Notes: generated by a model from the sequence alone, not told the origin. Shown: positions 25,503-39,092, counted from the whole stretch's first letter. The stretch: DNA of 52,836 bases, filler included, from Sphacelaria rigidula (GCA_964200075.2; 4 parts of 4 records of this genome joined end to end with filler, not necessarily neighbours in it), one strand, 5' to 3'. Numbers and translations are program-made.

Positions 25503-25622
25503 CCCTTTTGGAGCCTATTGACGATTTTGGTTCTTGTGAATCGGCATCATTTTCAGTCACTTTCAAGTCAAAATGATGCCGTTTCACAAGAAAACAAGAA
25601 TCGTCAATGGGTTCCCAAAGGG
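25503..25622. mobile_element. ~120 bp hairpin MITE, piggyBac-like termini
   Basis: TTAA|CCCTTTTGGAGCCTATTGACGATT...AATCGTCAATGGGTTCCCAAAGGG|TTCG is almost wholly self-complementary. Confidence 0.7.
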
Positions 25623-26370
25623 TTCGAACAGAATTGATTCGAGTGTGAAACACCGATATTCGGATCTTCAGTGGGGCTGACAGTGTGGGGTGCTCCTCTC
25701 ATGGGCACAACGCGCTTCTATCAAAATCGGCGCCGATTCAAGGTCTACCAACGCACACTTTGCCTAGGGCACCCTTTGCACCCCTCTTGCCCGAGGGTTC
25801 TCCGATGCCTTCGCTGGGGTTAGGTTTATGGTTATATTGATGTGGCACGCAGTGTAATATCAAAACATATAGGAGGTGCACCAGCGACATATTGAAAGTA
25901 CCAAGACTGCTGAGGCAAAGCGGGGAGTATCTTGCCTGCGCACGCAGCAGTGGTGATAGCCAGCGTGCACCGGATACTTGGCTAATGACGGCATGGTCTT
26001 CCTCCTACTCAGCAAAACAAAACGTACAGTCACATCATGGCTTGGTCGAAAAAACGGTCAGGGGTATGTGTCAGGCACCAATTTCCGTACCAACGCACAA
26101 TATCCACCTGGTCAGATGAACAAGCGCGTTGCTCCACTTGATAACAACAAATCGGAAGCCAAAATTGGTCATAGGCGATATCGGGCGATCCTGAGGGGGG
26201 GGGGGGGGGGGGAGGGGGCATAAGGTCAACGGGTTGAAGTCCTCGTAGCTGTCGAGTTATGGTTGTTTCCCCGTATGATTTTTTTTTTTTTTTTTTTGCA
26301 CTTTTATACCCCTTCCTTTAGACGAGTCCGTTGTTTCAAGGGATTCACCCATCTCTCCTCGGTTTTATCA

Positions 26371-26470
26371 NNNNNNNNNNNNNNNNNNNNNNNNNNNNNN
26401 NNNNNNNNNNNNNNTTAATTAATTAANNNNNNNNNNNNNNNNNNNNNNNNNNNNNNNNNNNNNNNNNNNN
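26371..26470. other. Artificial contig spacer (N44-TTAATTAATTAA-N44)
   Basis: Same 100-nt structure. Confidence 0.97.
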
Positions 26471-29400
26471 AAGGCAGTCGTATCTGGTACTTGGGCCCTC
26501 TTTTTGGGCGTCCTTGTGCCCAAGCACTCGATTGCGCTTGCCGACGTCGTGACGGTCATTGAATCGATCCAGTCATGCGATAAGCTGTCTGAGACCTACG
26601 ATGCTGCGGGTGCTGATATTGTCGTGCGCTTAGAGGGCGACATGGCGTGTGCGAAAGCTAAGGTGCGTTCGCTACTGGTATGTACACTGTACAATGCGGA
26701 TGTGGTTTGCGCTTGTTGTGGACAGTGCTGAGGCGACATTTCGGTAGCAGCCACGGAGATGCGTGTACAAGGCCGGCACTACTGTAAGCATCATGTTGTA
26801 GCGATCGTCGTCCGAGACTGTGAGGCTCTGCTGAGCCCAAAAGGGCTGCACTCCCTTGACGGTTTGCTGTAGAGCACTAAATAGAGTCCACACGCCGGAT
26901 CCACGCAGTAACGTACCTTGCTCATACTTCGAGGTATGATACCCTAGCTCTGGTTTACTTTTATTTTGCGTTCGTTTATACCGTGAGGTGCTTGATTCAG
27001 CCAAGTGCAACCCATCGATGTTTCCAGGATCCACCTGAAAAACATTCCCGTTACACTATTATTACACACTAGAGTATTACACAGTGAAAATGTCAAAATA
27101 CAGGTACTTCTTGTACGCGTACCTGCCAGCCTGAATATTTTCCCAAAATCTCGCGCGCGGTTCCATCATGATCCGTCACATCGGGTGTTTATGGCCATTT
27201 GCAAGCAGAATCAGAGACGAAACAGCGGCCTACCGTTTGGCCGGGCGAATCGAAACTAGAGCACCGCTGACTGTACAGTACCAAAGTTGGTCGAGACAGA
27301 GAACTGCCCGCTTGTCACAGACATCTGTCTCCCTGGATCTGTTCAGGCATGGATATCGAATGTTGTGGGATGCTGAAGTACAATTCGTTCGTACGGTATA
27401 GTAATCAGAATCAGAAGTTTTCAGAATTCGTAGTTGTTGTAGTTTTTGAGTTATTCTCGAGTACTATTCTTCACTACTACTTGAAAGTGCTAGCGCCGGT
27501 AGATTTAGGGGGAAGTGATATAGGCCGCACTCAAACTTCAGTGCCCAGGTTGGTGTTTTTGGGGCGGTACAGACTAGATACCCCGTTTATCAGGAGGGTG
27601 ATATTGACCGTTTTTTATTCAATGTAAGGAGTTTTTCGGCTCTTCCGCAACGAAACGGTGAATATTCAGATGAATGAATACGTGAAAAAATCTTCACAAT
27701 AACGATCAAGATCGTGTTTCCCTCCAATACTGCACAGAACTCAGTCTAGCATTTTCTGCGGATGATCTCTTTTCGGGTTTTTTCGCATAACATTTCCATG
27801 AGCACTCGAAAGTGCTGGCGTCGATAGTTTTGGGTGAATAAGCAGATCGTGCTCAAACCACAATGCCCAAGTTGGTCTTGTGCGAGTCAAAACCCCGTTT
27901 CTCAGGAGGGTCTTATTAACCGTAGGTCTTCCAAGAACCATAGATTTCCGGCATTGGCGCAGAGAACGGGAGGAATTCCGAAAAATGCATCCTTTTTTGA
28001 GTCTTCACTTATATGATCGGGATCGAGTCGGTCCACCGAAAATACCGAAAAGCTGGAACCTGGGGTTGCACTTTCGCAGGACCCGAAGATCGGTCAAGCC
28101 CGTAAGTCACTTATATTGATCGCGGATATTTTTTCTTTCAACATTTGTCAAAATGAATGAAATATCTCCAGATGCCCATTTGTTGGCATCCAACAGTCAC
28201 TGTGATGAGGGGTGGCAAGCGAAACGAATTTGGAAAATCTTCGAGAAACTAAGAAATTACGAATTGTGCATACTTCTGACGCTGACTACTGTACAACGAA
28301 CAGTACAGGCCACAGACAGTCGTGACCGTAAAATGTGTCTAACCCAGCCTGCATGCGTAGTGTAAGGTACATTCAGGCACACCAAACAACTGCGGCAATA
28401 CCCGGATCATGGCGCTTCTATCTCAATCAAGTAAGGAATATTATAGTAGTGACGGTACTGGAAAGGACAGCCCACGTTTGTGACGACGGCACAGGGTAGA
28501 CGGGGCTAATGCACGAAACGGTAAAATCATCAATGGTAAGAGGTACGACCCATTGGCAGCGACGATGACGACGACTAGCATGGATGGGTGGGGATAGGGC
28601 ACGAGAGCCACGCCTGGTGGGCTAGCTGATGCGCGAGGGCAAGGGGGCTGTTTCCTTGTCGTGCTGCTTCTAGACGATACGCTCGCTATAGCCAACTAAC
28701 TGATTACGGGACTGTCTTTCGGTGTTTCGCTTCCAACGTTTAACCCATATGGCAAGCAGACCGTCCGCGTATCTGGAGAGGGGAATATCATGTTTTCTTT
28801 CCAACACGCAGTGTTCACGAATGTTCTCTTCATCGTGGACGAGAAGGCATCGATGCTGTTCGCGTGCGACAGCGTTCGGTTTGACGTCGAGGTATGTTCT
28901 ACACTGCCCCCACCCGTCGCCGTAGTTGAACAAATACTTGGTCTCAGAGTGCCCGACCACCTTCGGATCTTGTGGGGGCTGACAGTCCCGTGTGCGCAGC
29001 ACGCGTGCTCACTCCAATCGGAGCCTAACGTGCGTATGGCTTAGCGTTCAGCTCTGTGAATGCACACAATGTCCATGTACCGACTGTGCCGCTGTTGTCC
29101 AAGGGTTTGGGGGAAACTCTGGGGTGGAGTAGGGTTCGATGAAATGCGAAACTTGCGCACAGTACAAGCTGGGCCAGCTTGAAGCAGTTTTTGATTTTTT
29201 TTTCTTCAGTACAGTAGAGTTAACCCCTAGACCACGGTGCGGGTAGTCCATCTGGATCACCCATACCTTCTTTAAGTAGATATTGACGCGTATTCAGCAG
29301 GTGACCTACCCTCGCGGTCCAAGGGTTGACCTGACATGGGCACTATCTACCCATGACTGATATTACTTTATTTGAATGTGAACAACGAGAATCGGATCTT

Positions 29401-32400
29401 CATTGCGGCTTGACGGTCCCGTGTTCTCCTGGCGTGCGCAGAGCGCGTTTTCGTCCAAATCGCCGCCACCAAATCGCCGCCACCAAATCGCCGCCACAGA
29501 CGCCGATTTGAGGCCTACCAAAGTCACACTTTGCCTAGAGAATCCTTCGCACCCCCCTTGCCCGAGGGTACTCGGTATGCCTTGCATTGGAGTTAGGGTT
29601 GGCGATAGTTGTAAAAGGTATGAACCGTAGAGAGAATGTAACCCAACTCCGGTTAACCCACCTCATTCTTTTTTTTTTCTCGGCCAGTTTTCCACGGTTC
29701 GTTTTCAATACTTGGAGGCTGGCATTTTGGCACAAGGTTTATATTGTCAAGACGCAAAAACGTATTGCAGTAGCCAACGAAAAATTGGAAAGAAAAAAAA
29801 ACAGGAAATTAGAGCCGATTTAAGAATCTACAAAAGCTCGAGGACACGTTCAGATATGTATAGCCTATTTGCGCGTGTATACCGTACCTTTGGGTACTGT
29901 AACACATGTTGGCATTTTGACATGCAGAACACACGAGTGAAGAAGTTTGGCTACTCGTAGATACTCCTTGTGTTGGGCTCCGCGTTCCACTTTTGCGTGA
30001 CACCGCCGCACCCAGTTGTCTAACTGGTATAAGAGACTGGCACAAGGGCGGAAGGTTACGAGTTGGAATCCCGAAAGGTATCACGTACGAGGTATTTGTT
30101 TTGCAGGATCTGGATCCGCCGTTTATGTTTTTATTATGCATCACATTTTTTCTCAATTTTTGAGCGACTAGGCGTACATTGACAGGTTAGTCTGCACTTT
30201 GAGGCGATGATATGCTCGCATGAGGCTGATTCCGATAATGTTGTCGTGTGCTCAACTGCGAGCTTTTGAACTGGCCGAGCTCGTACATAGTTCGCAGCCG
30301 CGCCCCGGTGGTCTACGTGACTGAAATCAATCAGGTCGGAAGGATGCGGGTTCGATTCCGGCAGAGATGCAATCCGTTATATTTCTCCTGAGAAGTACAC
30401 TGGTATTTGATTGCCGTGATTGGCAACTTGGGGGCGTCGGTAGCAAAGATCGTACTTCATATAACGAGCGTTGACGCGGTGCGGTAGTACTGATTCAAGC
30501 GACGATACTGGAATGTAAGGCTTGTATCGGGGGACAGATAGCTTGGTACATCAATAGAGACATCGGGCCGGTCCACGGAGTCGGCCCGAGTAAGGGCAGC
30601 AGTTGAAAATGAGACGAAGGAAGAGAGAACGTGCTTCCGTATCGACGTGGAACAAGAGTTGTATCTTATCTCTACGGATTGGATCCACGGTCTGGTACAA
30701 GAAGACGTCGCCGAGATACCTCGTTCGAGTACGAACGAGCGCGAACGAAAAGTAGCACAACAAAGCAGGACCCCTGAAATCGTACAAGTACCCAGGAGTA
30801 CGTTGTACGTCCTGCTTCGTCGTGTGCGCAGCTTAAGGTTTCCAAGCTAATTAGTGAACACAATACCATTCTTGCAGTTCCAACTTCGTATCTGAAGATG
30901 TGTGATCAGCGACCCACCCTTGCCAAGTGCGCCACAGCGTCTCTCTCGATGTCGCTGGGTGCTTCGCTCTGCTGGTTTATGAAGGGTTACGAATCAAACC
31001 CTCCGCGACATCTATTCACGCACAAGCGTCCTCAGCAAGCCCAGCTTGTGCATCTCTGTTTTGCTAGCTGTCGGACCCTCCGTTCTGGCCTCCACAGCGT
31101 TGCAACACGCTCGTTCTTGTCTGCGGTGGCAGTGGAATCTGTCAGACACGGGTGCCTCTCGGGCTCATTCTAAATAAGTTGCAACCTTCAGGTGCAAATT
31201 AGCATGGGTTAGCTACCGTCAGACCAGGTCAATGTTGCGGTCTAGAAGGAGATGTGCCGTAGGTATTAGAGCTACAGACAGGTGCAATACATCCCTGATG
31301 CGCCCAAGTCCCTATTGCGCGTTTATTTTGTCATGCTTTCCCCAATAACAGGTACCTGGACAGCAGATCTTTGACGTTCGGGGAAATCTTGACTTTGTCG
31401 CCGGCACGCCCTCCCCCTACTTCACCGATTTTGTGGATGCCAACAAGGTGTGGGGGTGCTCAACTTATTTTTCATTGTCTAACACCGGAGATTTCGCGTA
31501 CGCTTGCCATATTTTCGCCGTGATTTTGACCCCTCCTCTTCGTCGGGACGAGTCCCGTAGTGCCAGAGGATGAACCGATCTCTCCCACGCTGCACGTCTT
31601 ACATTTTGTTATCGAGGATCGGATGAGCAAGCACTCCTGCCCCCCGTCGACTCCAGCCCAATATTATTTGGTACTCACGTGCTTACGCTCTAGACGACGG
31701 ACACTAGAACCTGCTCCAAGATGATCGCATCTGTAGGTAATCGAGTCTGCAGTCCTCCCCCTTACCGGACTGTTGGTGTATCACTATTGATAATATTAAA
31801 TAGTCACACCAGGGCGCGGCGGCATGCATGTGCTCAAACCCAAACTGGAACAGTAACAGAGGGGAGTTGTTCTGGACTATCGCCCGTCAATGTTCTCCCC
31901 CCCCCTTTTCTCTTTCTTATGGTATTTCTCCCTGAGTCTTCACATGTAGCCAGAGCTTCCGCTCGCTGGTGAAAGGCTAATCAGCTAGGAAAGACGGCGA
32001 CACATCTGAGCCGTCCGCAGTTCCCAGCCTTGGCCGCTACAAAATAACGTGCATGCGCAATGTTCTAGGTCCACACAACCTACACATCCTAAGGTCGAAT
32101 TGGGGTGTTGTAGAGTACTTTGGAGCCATAATCTCTACTCTGAATAGCCGCTGTTTTGAAGAGAAATAGGGGGGGAAACAGCGCTTGCTTTTTTTGTGCC
32201 AATTTTCGACTTCGGAACGGCGACAGAGGCAGACACGATAACAACACGACACGGTACATAGAGTTCGCCGTCTCGAAAAGCCCGCCATGTCAGCGCTGTT
32301 TGCATATGCTTGACCTGAAGGCCCCACAAAATGGTGTCTACGAATCGCACACCAAGGAAGATCGGACATCTCGGGCTCGATTATGGCTTGTTTGATGGTG

Positions 32401-34982
32401 CGCTGTGTGCCCTCACTCACGCGATATGCATGCAACGGTATTGAGGCTTGGATATGAGCCGGAAACTTTCGCCGAGGCCAGTGGCACGAACAGCCGTCGT
32501 CGAGCCCTCCTTTGCGCAGTCATGCTGAGCTTGCCAGATGGCTCAAAAATGGGCGACGGAAAACAGTTACGGCAACCGTGGCAAAAATAGATGGTGTGCG
32601 ATCGGTGGCGGAAAAACAGAAGGTCTTCACTGGTGGCCCACATAGCATTGTTCGTCATTGTGGTGCATTTCAGGTTGCCTGGCGAGAACCTTCTCCCGCC
32701 TGCAACCGGTTTCTGCTCTTACGACTGTTGTTGTCCATTGCTACACTGATAAAACTTGCTTCGTGCCCCCGTTCAATGTCGTACGTGTTACATGTGTATG
32801 TGTGGTCCTGTGCGGGGTGTACAGGACGATGTATACGGGCTGGTCAAGGCGTCTGGTACAGCCAAGATCCATTTCTTCAAGGGAATCGCTCGGTATTCCG
32901 AAACATCGATCTTGGTCGAAAACCCGCTGCCTGTGCGCCCTAGCGACCAGCCTGTGGTTGGTAAGGACGCTTCTTATACGAGTCAGCCCAGCGGTCATAA
33001 GCTCGATCAGCTCAGCCTCGAGCAACCGGGCCGAGCCGAGCTTCCGTCCGCCGCCGTAGTGCTAGGGTCAGCCCACATCGACTCCGACATCGACTCCGAC
33101 ATTACCGCCACCGCCACCGCTTCCGCCTCCGCCTCCGCCTCCGCCTCCGCTGGGCAACAGTCGCTCGACGGTACAATTGGAGACGCTCCCGTTGACGCGG
33201 CCGAGAGTTCCACGTCTGGAAGAAGCAATGCGGCAACGATTGCAACTTGCGATCATCTAGCGAGCAGCTATACCTCCACGAGGGGCCAAGAGTTTACCTT
33301 GTTTCTAGTGAGCGACACCATCACGTGCACGGACAAGAAGGTGGAGTCATTTTCTGCGATTTGAGTCACGGTAGGAATCCCTGATAATCTTGCCCCGACG
33401 TGTCGAATATAGTAATGTAGGATGTGGGGTGCAGAAAGTCATCATTGGGCAGTATACAGAAGAAATTACCATACCTACCGGGGGAAAGCACTCGCGGCAC
33501 GAGAGGGAGTCCTTCCGTGTAATCAGTGTTCGCGTGTAGAGGATGACGGTATTAATATAATAGTGAATATCTGAAACCAGGAGTTTGCTGGGTATCGTGA
33601 ATACGTGTATTGAAATGCTCACATTTCCACCCCCGCCGGGTCATTCCTCGCGTTTTGAGACGTTTGCATCCTCCAAATGACGAATCCCATCGCAGGTGGT
33701 CCACATTGTGGGGGACGGGGTCGTGAATTTGACAGGCGGGCATGTCACCTTGTACAATGTGAGCTTCGTGGTCGGGAACGAGGCAATGCTCTCGTTAATT
33801 GCCCAGAGCGTCAAGTTCGATAGCACACAGGTGAGGATGCCCTCTTCTCGTGCTCTGTCGGCAGCTACCTACGATAGGAGTGAAACGTCAAGAAGACCTG
33901 TCCGTATCCCTGATGCTCGAATTGTGTGTACAAAACTGGGAATTTCTACAAAGAGTGCAATGTTTTCGACGTTTTTCTTTGCGTAGTATGCAGGACCATG
34001 CAACAACCTCTAGCGCCTGTCAATAATTGGGTGAGATCGATGCATACAAGAATCTGCGGAAAGGTAGTAATGCTCTGGTAAAGTCGTCACTGTCAAGTGA
34101 CGCGAAAGTTTGCCCAACGTATGACTCTCTACTCCTTCTTGTTTTGTGCTTTTCCTTGCGTCTCGCTGCTCTTCTCCGTGCGGTCGCGCTGAGCCGTCGC
34201 TTGTTACATGGGTCCCGGTATTAGACGGGAAAGGGCTGGATTCCGTGCATTTTGTGGAGAAGACCCGCCTCTTTCATGGAAAACCTGAAGAAGTAATAAT
34301 GAGCATCGCGTTTTCCCGTTTATTGTACCTGTCGGTGCCGTCACTTTTCGCGATACGCTGTTTCCATTGGTCTCATCGATGGGGGAGACAACGGATAGTT
34401 CATACCCGTACTGTAGGCGGTCGACCATTCGACTTCTTGATGAACGACTTCATATTCAAAAATAATTTTGGAGGCTCGTCGCACTACTTGTGACAGGAAA
34501 ACAAAAAGTGCCGCCACCGATTTTTCGCTCCAAGCTTAATACTTGAGACTTGATACTTCGAGGAGAGGGGCGGATCGATCACTTTTATTTCTTCGTTTGT
34601 CGCACTTTGAACCCCTCCCCTTCCACGAGACGAGTCCGTGGTGAATCGAACTCTCGTTCTCTCCACCCTAATGGCGACAGTCGGACCATTACACCACTGG
34701 GGCGCGGCACTTGAAGGCCATGTACAGGGGTGTTTTTCTCAAATTTTATTTTTATTTTTTTATTCCTATTTCGGGATGTTTTTCTGTCGAATTCCCGACA
34801 AACAGAAGGAAAAAAAAACGTCTGTATCCCCGGAATAAGAAAAGGAGGGACGAAAAAGCTTTCCTAGTCAAGGCCTTTTTTTGGAACGGTCGATTTGCGT
34901 CGCTCTCCAGGACCCTAGGGCTCAAAAACTCCAATGCGTTAGTGTAGACGTCACCCCAAATATTAATTTTGAGCACAAACTC

Positions 34983-35016
<34 letters not shown>

Positions 35017-38000
35017 AAGGATTTGGGTGACGAAACAGACATCGTTATTTTCACGTTAGTGTCAGCAACGCGCATCCCGAATTTCAGCGCAATCGAGCAA
35101 GAGCTCACTTGTGCTGATTTCTCGTGCCAATCCGTCCCCGGACTACCGGCACCAGGCCGTATCGGATATGACGGCATAGTTGTACATGATAAGAGTGCCC
35201 GAACAGTTGATCAGACCACGCGGCGCACTCCGGTACGGTTGTAGGGTAGCAGGCTACCTACAGTACTTCTCGTGCGATGTATGCTATCGACACTACACGA
35301 ACTGTTGACCCCGGAGACACTTCTTCGTCCCAAGTGGACCCAGCCTGCTTTTTCCCAGTCGACGCTGACACGACTTCCGGATCCCTCTCACCAAGATCTC
35401 CTGAATAGCCTCAATTACTTGTTTCGCGAGATGTTGATTGCTTCAACTTTCGGTGACCACCGTATTAAATACTATCATCAAGGCTTGTTTTAACCATTGG
35501 TTCCTTTTCATACCAGATTTTGTCGCATTTCCTGAAGAAAGATCTCGTCCAAAATTGCAACTCGCGCATAAGAGAAATAATGCACAACGACAACGAAGAA
35601 GGTGAGTCGGACGCACATAAACAACTCACGCGAAAAAACACATGGCTCTGGGGATGAGCTATGTATATCCCGTTCTCCGCCATTTCGCTGCCTCTAGCAT
35701 ATTTCGAGGTGTTTCGGGGAATATTCCCTCTATGCTTGAGCGAAAAAATGCTCATTTTTTTTTATGTTTTGTTCACGAGGGGGGGGTTGTCCTGTCAATG
35801 CAGTCTGTGCACGGAGAAGCAAGGCAAGTGTACAAGCAGCGTGTGGGCATGTGTCTTCAGATCGCCGTCTTGCACCTCATTCTATGTTTCACGCCTTAAA
35901 TTTTGTTTCCCTTCGTCTTGACCCGATTCCAGGAACCTCGCACCCCCATCTTGGAGGTACACGGAATGGTGTACTCGTACGCTACCCGCATCTCTCCCCA
36001 CCATGTTGACGGCTGGAAGGTGATGTTTGTGCCTCGGTATACGTTTGTGTTCCGGCTGCTGGTCGTACTGTGTCGTCCGCTCTAACGTGCAACGATCACC
36101 TGCCCCGTACGGGGCCGCGTTTTGACGAGGTCGTGTGCTCACTGTTGTTGTCAGTCGCGATCTCCTCTGGCACAACATGTGTGCGTATTTATGCTCTCTC
36201 CTTTCCCCCTTCAAATCAAGTGCTGCCTCCTGGACGATGATATCATCACTCACGTATTCCTTTACAGCTGCTGCTGCTAGTGGAAGCGTTGATCGTGATG
36301 ACGTTGATACTGATGTTGCTAGCGGTGGGTGCTGGTGCAGTACCGGTACCCTGGCCCGAGCACTTGAGTACTTGAGCTCATGCCATACCCTCACGGAACC
36401 TCGTTCCTGGCAACCCGTTGTGCACAACTGTACGGTTCATCATGAACTCCCAACGAGTACTTTCGCCATGCCACCTATGGCTTGGCTGCGTTCGCACACT
36501 GCTCGACGTTGTGCTTCCTTGCCACGTTCTCCTTGCTTGCGTTTCCCCTTCGTTACTCGCTGACACTTACCCACGGGTTTTGCCTGAAACCTCAGGAAGA
36601 CAGGCAAGGGCTGGTGAGCTTGCACGGTTTGGGCGAACTCCATTTTGCTGCCGGCCACCTAACGTACACCGACGCGGGGATTCTGCTGGAGGGGACCTCG
36701 CTTCCGTACGATGCCACCGAGTCTAGCTCCGGAGATGATTCCTCCTCCGCCGCGTCCACCGGAACCGGTGATGCTCTTCCGTTCGAGCACGACGTCGGCC
36801 TGCCGGACTCGACCGCCGCGGCCGACGAGGTTTCTGAGGTCTCTACCGCCGACGTGTCGCCCGATGGCAGCAGCGGATGTTCTGAAGGTCAAGGTCATGT
36901 TGCAGCAGAGGAGTCCAGCGAAGACGGTGGAGCCCTCTCGTCGGATATTCCCGTGAACCACGGCGATTCGTCTGTATACATGTCCCCACCACCACCCCCG
37001 CCTACGGGAGAAGACAACGGCGATGCTGCCGTGGACACATCCGCAGACCAGCCCTCCTCCGAGGATGACACAAGCACTTCCGAAAACTCGTCGGCGCAAT
37101 CGCGGTTGTCTCCCCAGCTTGCCCGAGGAGTGAAGGAAGTCGGCATGCCGACTGGCTGCTCCGAGGATGGCGGGGCTTCGTGCATGGGCTCGACCACGCC
37201 CATTGCTGTTACTGCGGCCACTTCCACCGATTCTATGCAGTCTGACAGCGGAGGAGTGGAGGCAGTTCGATCGGATGCTGATTCCACACGCACGATCACT
37301 GAAGGCCTTGCCGCGGACGGTGTTTCTTCCGTCGAGCCGGTAGATCTCCAGTGGGATGGGATGATGGCGGAAATAGAACATACGAAGCAGTTTGCGACGT
37401 CCGTTTCCGTACACGTCTCCGGGGGAAGCAGCGACGAAATCACGGCACCCGCAAGCCTCGAAGATTCTAGCAACAATGGTGAGAACGACGCCGCCAGCGA
37501 TTCGGGCGAGCTGTCACCTCCGTCCCCTTCAACATCGGTGCCGCCATTTTTGCGCGCGGGGCCGATCAAGGCCGATCTGCCCTCTCTGAAAGTAGGTCAA
37601 TCCCTCAAGCTGCCCGAAAAGCTTGTGTCCCCCCAGGGGGGAGCAGCGATCAGTTTGGGCCCTGACGGGTCGATGATGTCATCCAAGATCTCGCAGACCT
37701 CGGCAGCCCCGGCAGAGTTGGCCCCTCAGGACGAAAAAGAGAGCGGCGATGCTGAGCAAAACGGTGCCAGAGACGCGATGGGAGAGTTTTTGGTGTCTTC
37801 CAACTGGAGAAAGGTATCGAGAGTTTTGAAGGAAAGGGATTACTCGCGGAATAGAGCAGCGGCAACCGGCTGGATCGGGCGTTCGGACAAAGTGTCGGCG
37901 AAGACGGCGGAGCCGGGAACTGATGAAAGGGACACTGATGTGCGGGGGAAGGTTAGCGGCGTTGGGGTCGGAGTAAGTGCAGGAAACCGGTGGTGGGACT

Positions 38001-39092
38001 GGAAGGGCAACGGTAACAAGAAAGTCCACCGCACGGAGAAGTGGAGGTTCTGGGGGGCCCGTGGCGCGCAGCGCCGGGAAGTACCGAGTCCGGATGCGGC
38101 GGGGGGCGAAGATGTGGTGATGAGCATCACGGACAAAGCCGTAATCGTGAGTGGGAATCGGGGTTTCTTGTGTATTTACTTCGTATGAGAGAACCACCGA
38201 CCTGGTGTTCCACCTGTGCTCAGCGTATACCCACCGTTTCGACGCTCTTTTTCCTGTGACCTCACTGGTAGCTCTTGGCTGCCGCCTCCTTGTGCGGCAT
38301 GGTCGGAGGAGTTATCGGTCAGGACTGTATGCATGCCATACGTGTGAGTTCAAGTAATTTGGAGGCAGTGTCTCAGCCAAACACAAGTTTGACGGTTTGT
38401 GTGTCTTTCCCGTGTCATGATGTGCGAACAGAACGGCTAGCCACACCAGCCACACAGTACGCGGGAGGTGCTGCCTCGGAGTGAATACAATTGGATAAAT
38501 TTCAACGTTGAGAGTAATACCTACGGTTCAGCCTTGAGAGTGATGCTCCGGTCGGACTATGAGACAATGGCGTAGTTGACTGAGCACATACACTCTTGGT
38601 AATCAATGCTATGAGTATGATATCCTCCAACACTGCGAGAGCCACGAAGGAGACTGACATGTGCGCCGAAGCTCCCACAATCAACGGATGACTTTTGTGG
38701 CGTGAGGGGTTTCTCTAGCACATCAAGTTCAAGAGTTTCTCGTGACCAACAATAGGGGATGCAAGGATCGTTTATCCCACTCCTATCACGCACTTGATCG
38801 TAATGACAGCGCCAGCTTCGTGGCTTGAATTGGTGTACTGTATAGCTCCCTGCCTGACAACTCACTTTTACATTCTTCGCGCCTACTGTCCCTGCAGGAG
38901 GTGAAAATGGACGGGGCGCGAGTACTGACAAAAGCTGGCCCCAGCAAATTCGAACTGATCAACAAGTTCCGCTGTCTGGTGAGGAAGCGATGTGACGGCT
39001 ACGAGGCTTTTGCCGAGGAAGACGGGGGCGTCGCGGTTTGTAAGGAGGACGGTGGGCTTGTGTACAGAATCACGGGTCCAGACGACTTTTGA
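26471..39092 (+). CDS. Probable secreted/adhesin-like protein, 5'-partial, ~967 aa. Exons: <26471-26662, 28760-28891, 31352-31447, 32825-33340, 33696-33830, 35933-36019, 36596-38146, 38898-39092
   Basis: All seven introns are GT-AG and phase 0. Exon lengths (192, 132, 96, 516, 135, 87, 1551, 195) are multiples of 3 and join into one frame ending at TGA 39090-39092. A hydrophobic N-terminal stretch (WALFLGVLVPKHSIALA-D) looks like a signal peptide. Two internally homologous modules confirm the exon picks. Confidence 0.8.
29224..29325. mobile_element. ~100 bp piggyBac-like MITE; second copy at 44894-44995
   Basis: It reads TTAA|CCCCTAGACC...GGTCCAAGGG|TTGA. The body (cggtgcgggt.gtccatct...tcagcaggt) is shared with the contig 4 copy. 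Confidence 0.65.
30294..30500 (+). mobile_element. tRNA-derived SINE-like element, family B
   Basis: It has a gccgcgccccggtgg head, B box GGTTCGATTCC (30349-30359) and a downstream gttgacgcggtgcgg. It is homologous to 40685-40897(-). Confidence 0.6.
34983..35016. repeat. (GAC)n microsatellite, intronic
   Basis: About 11 perfect units. Confidence 0.9.
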
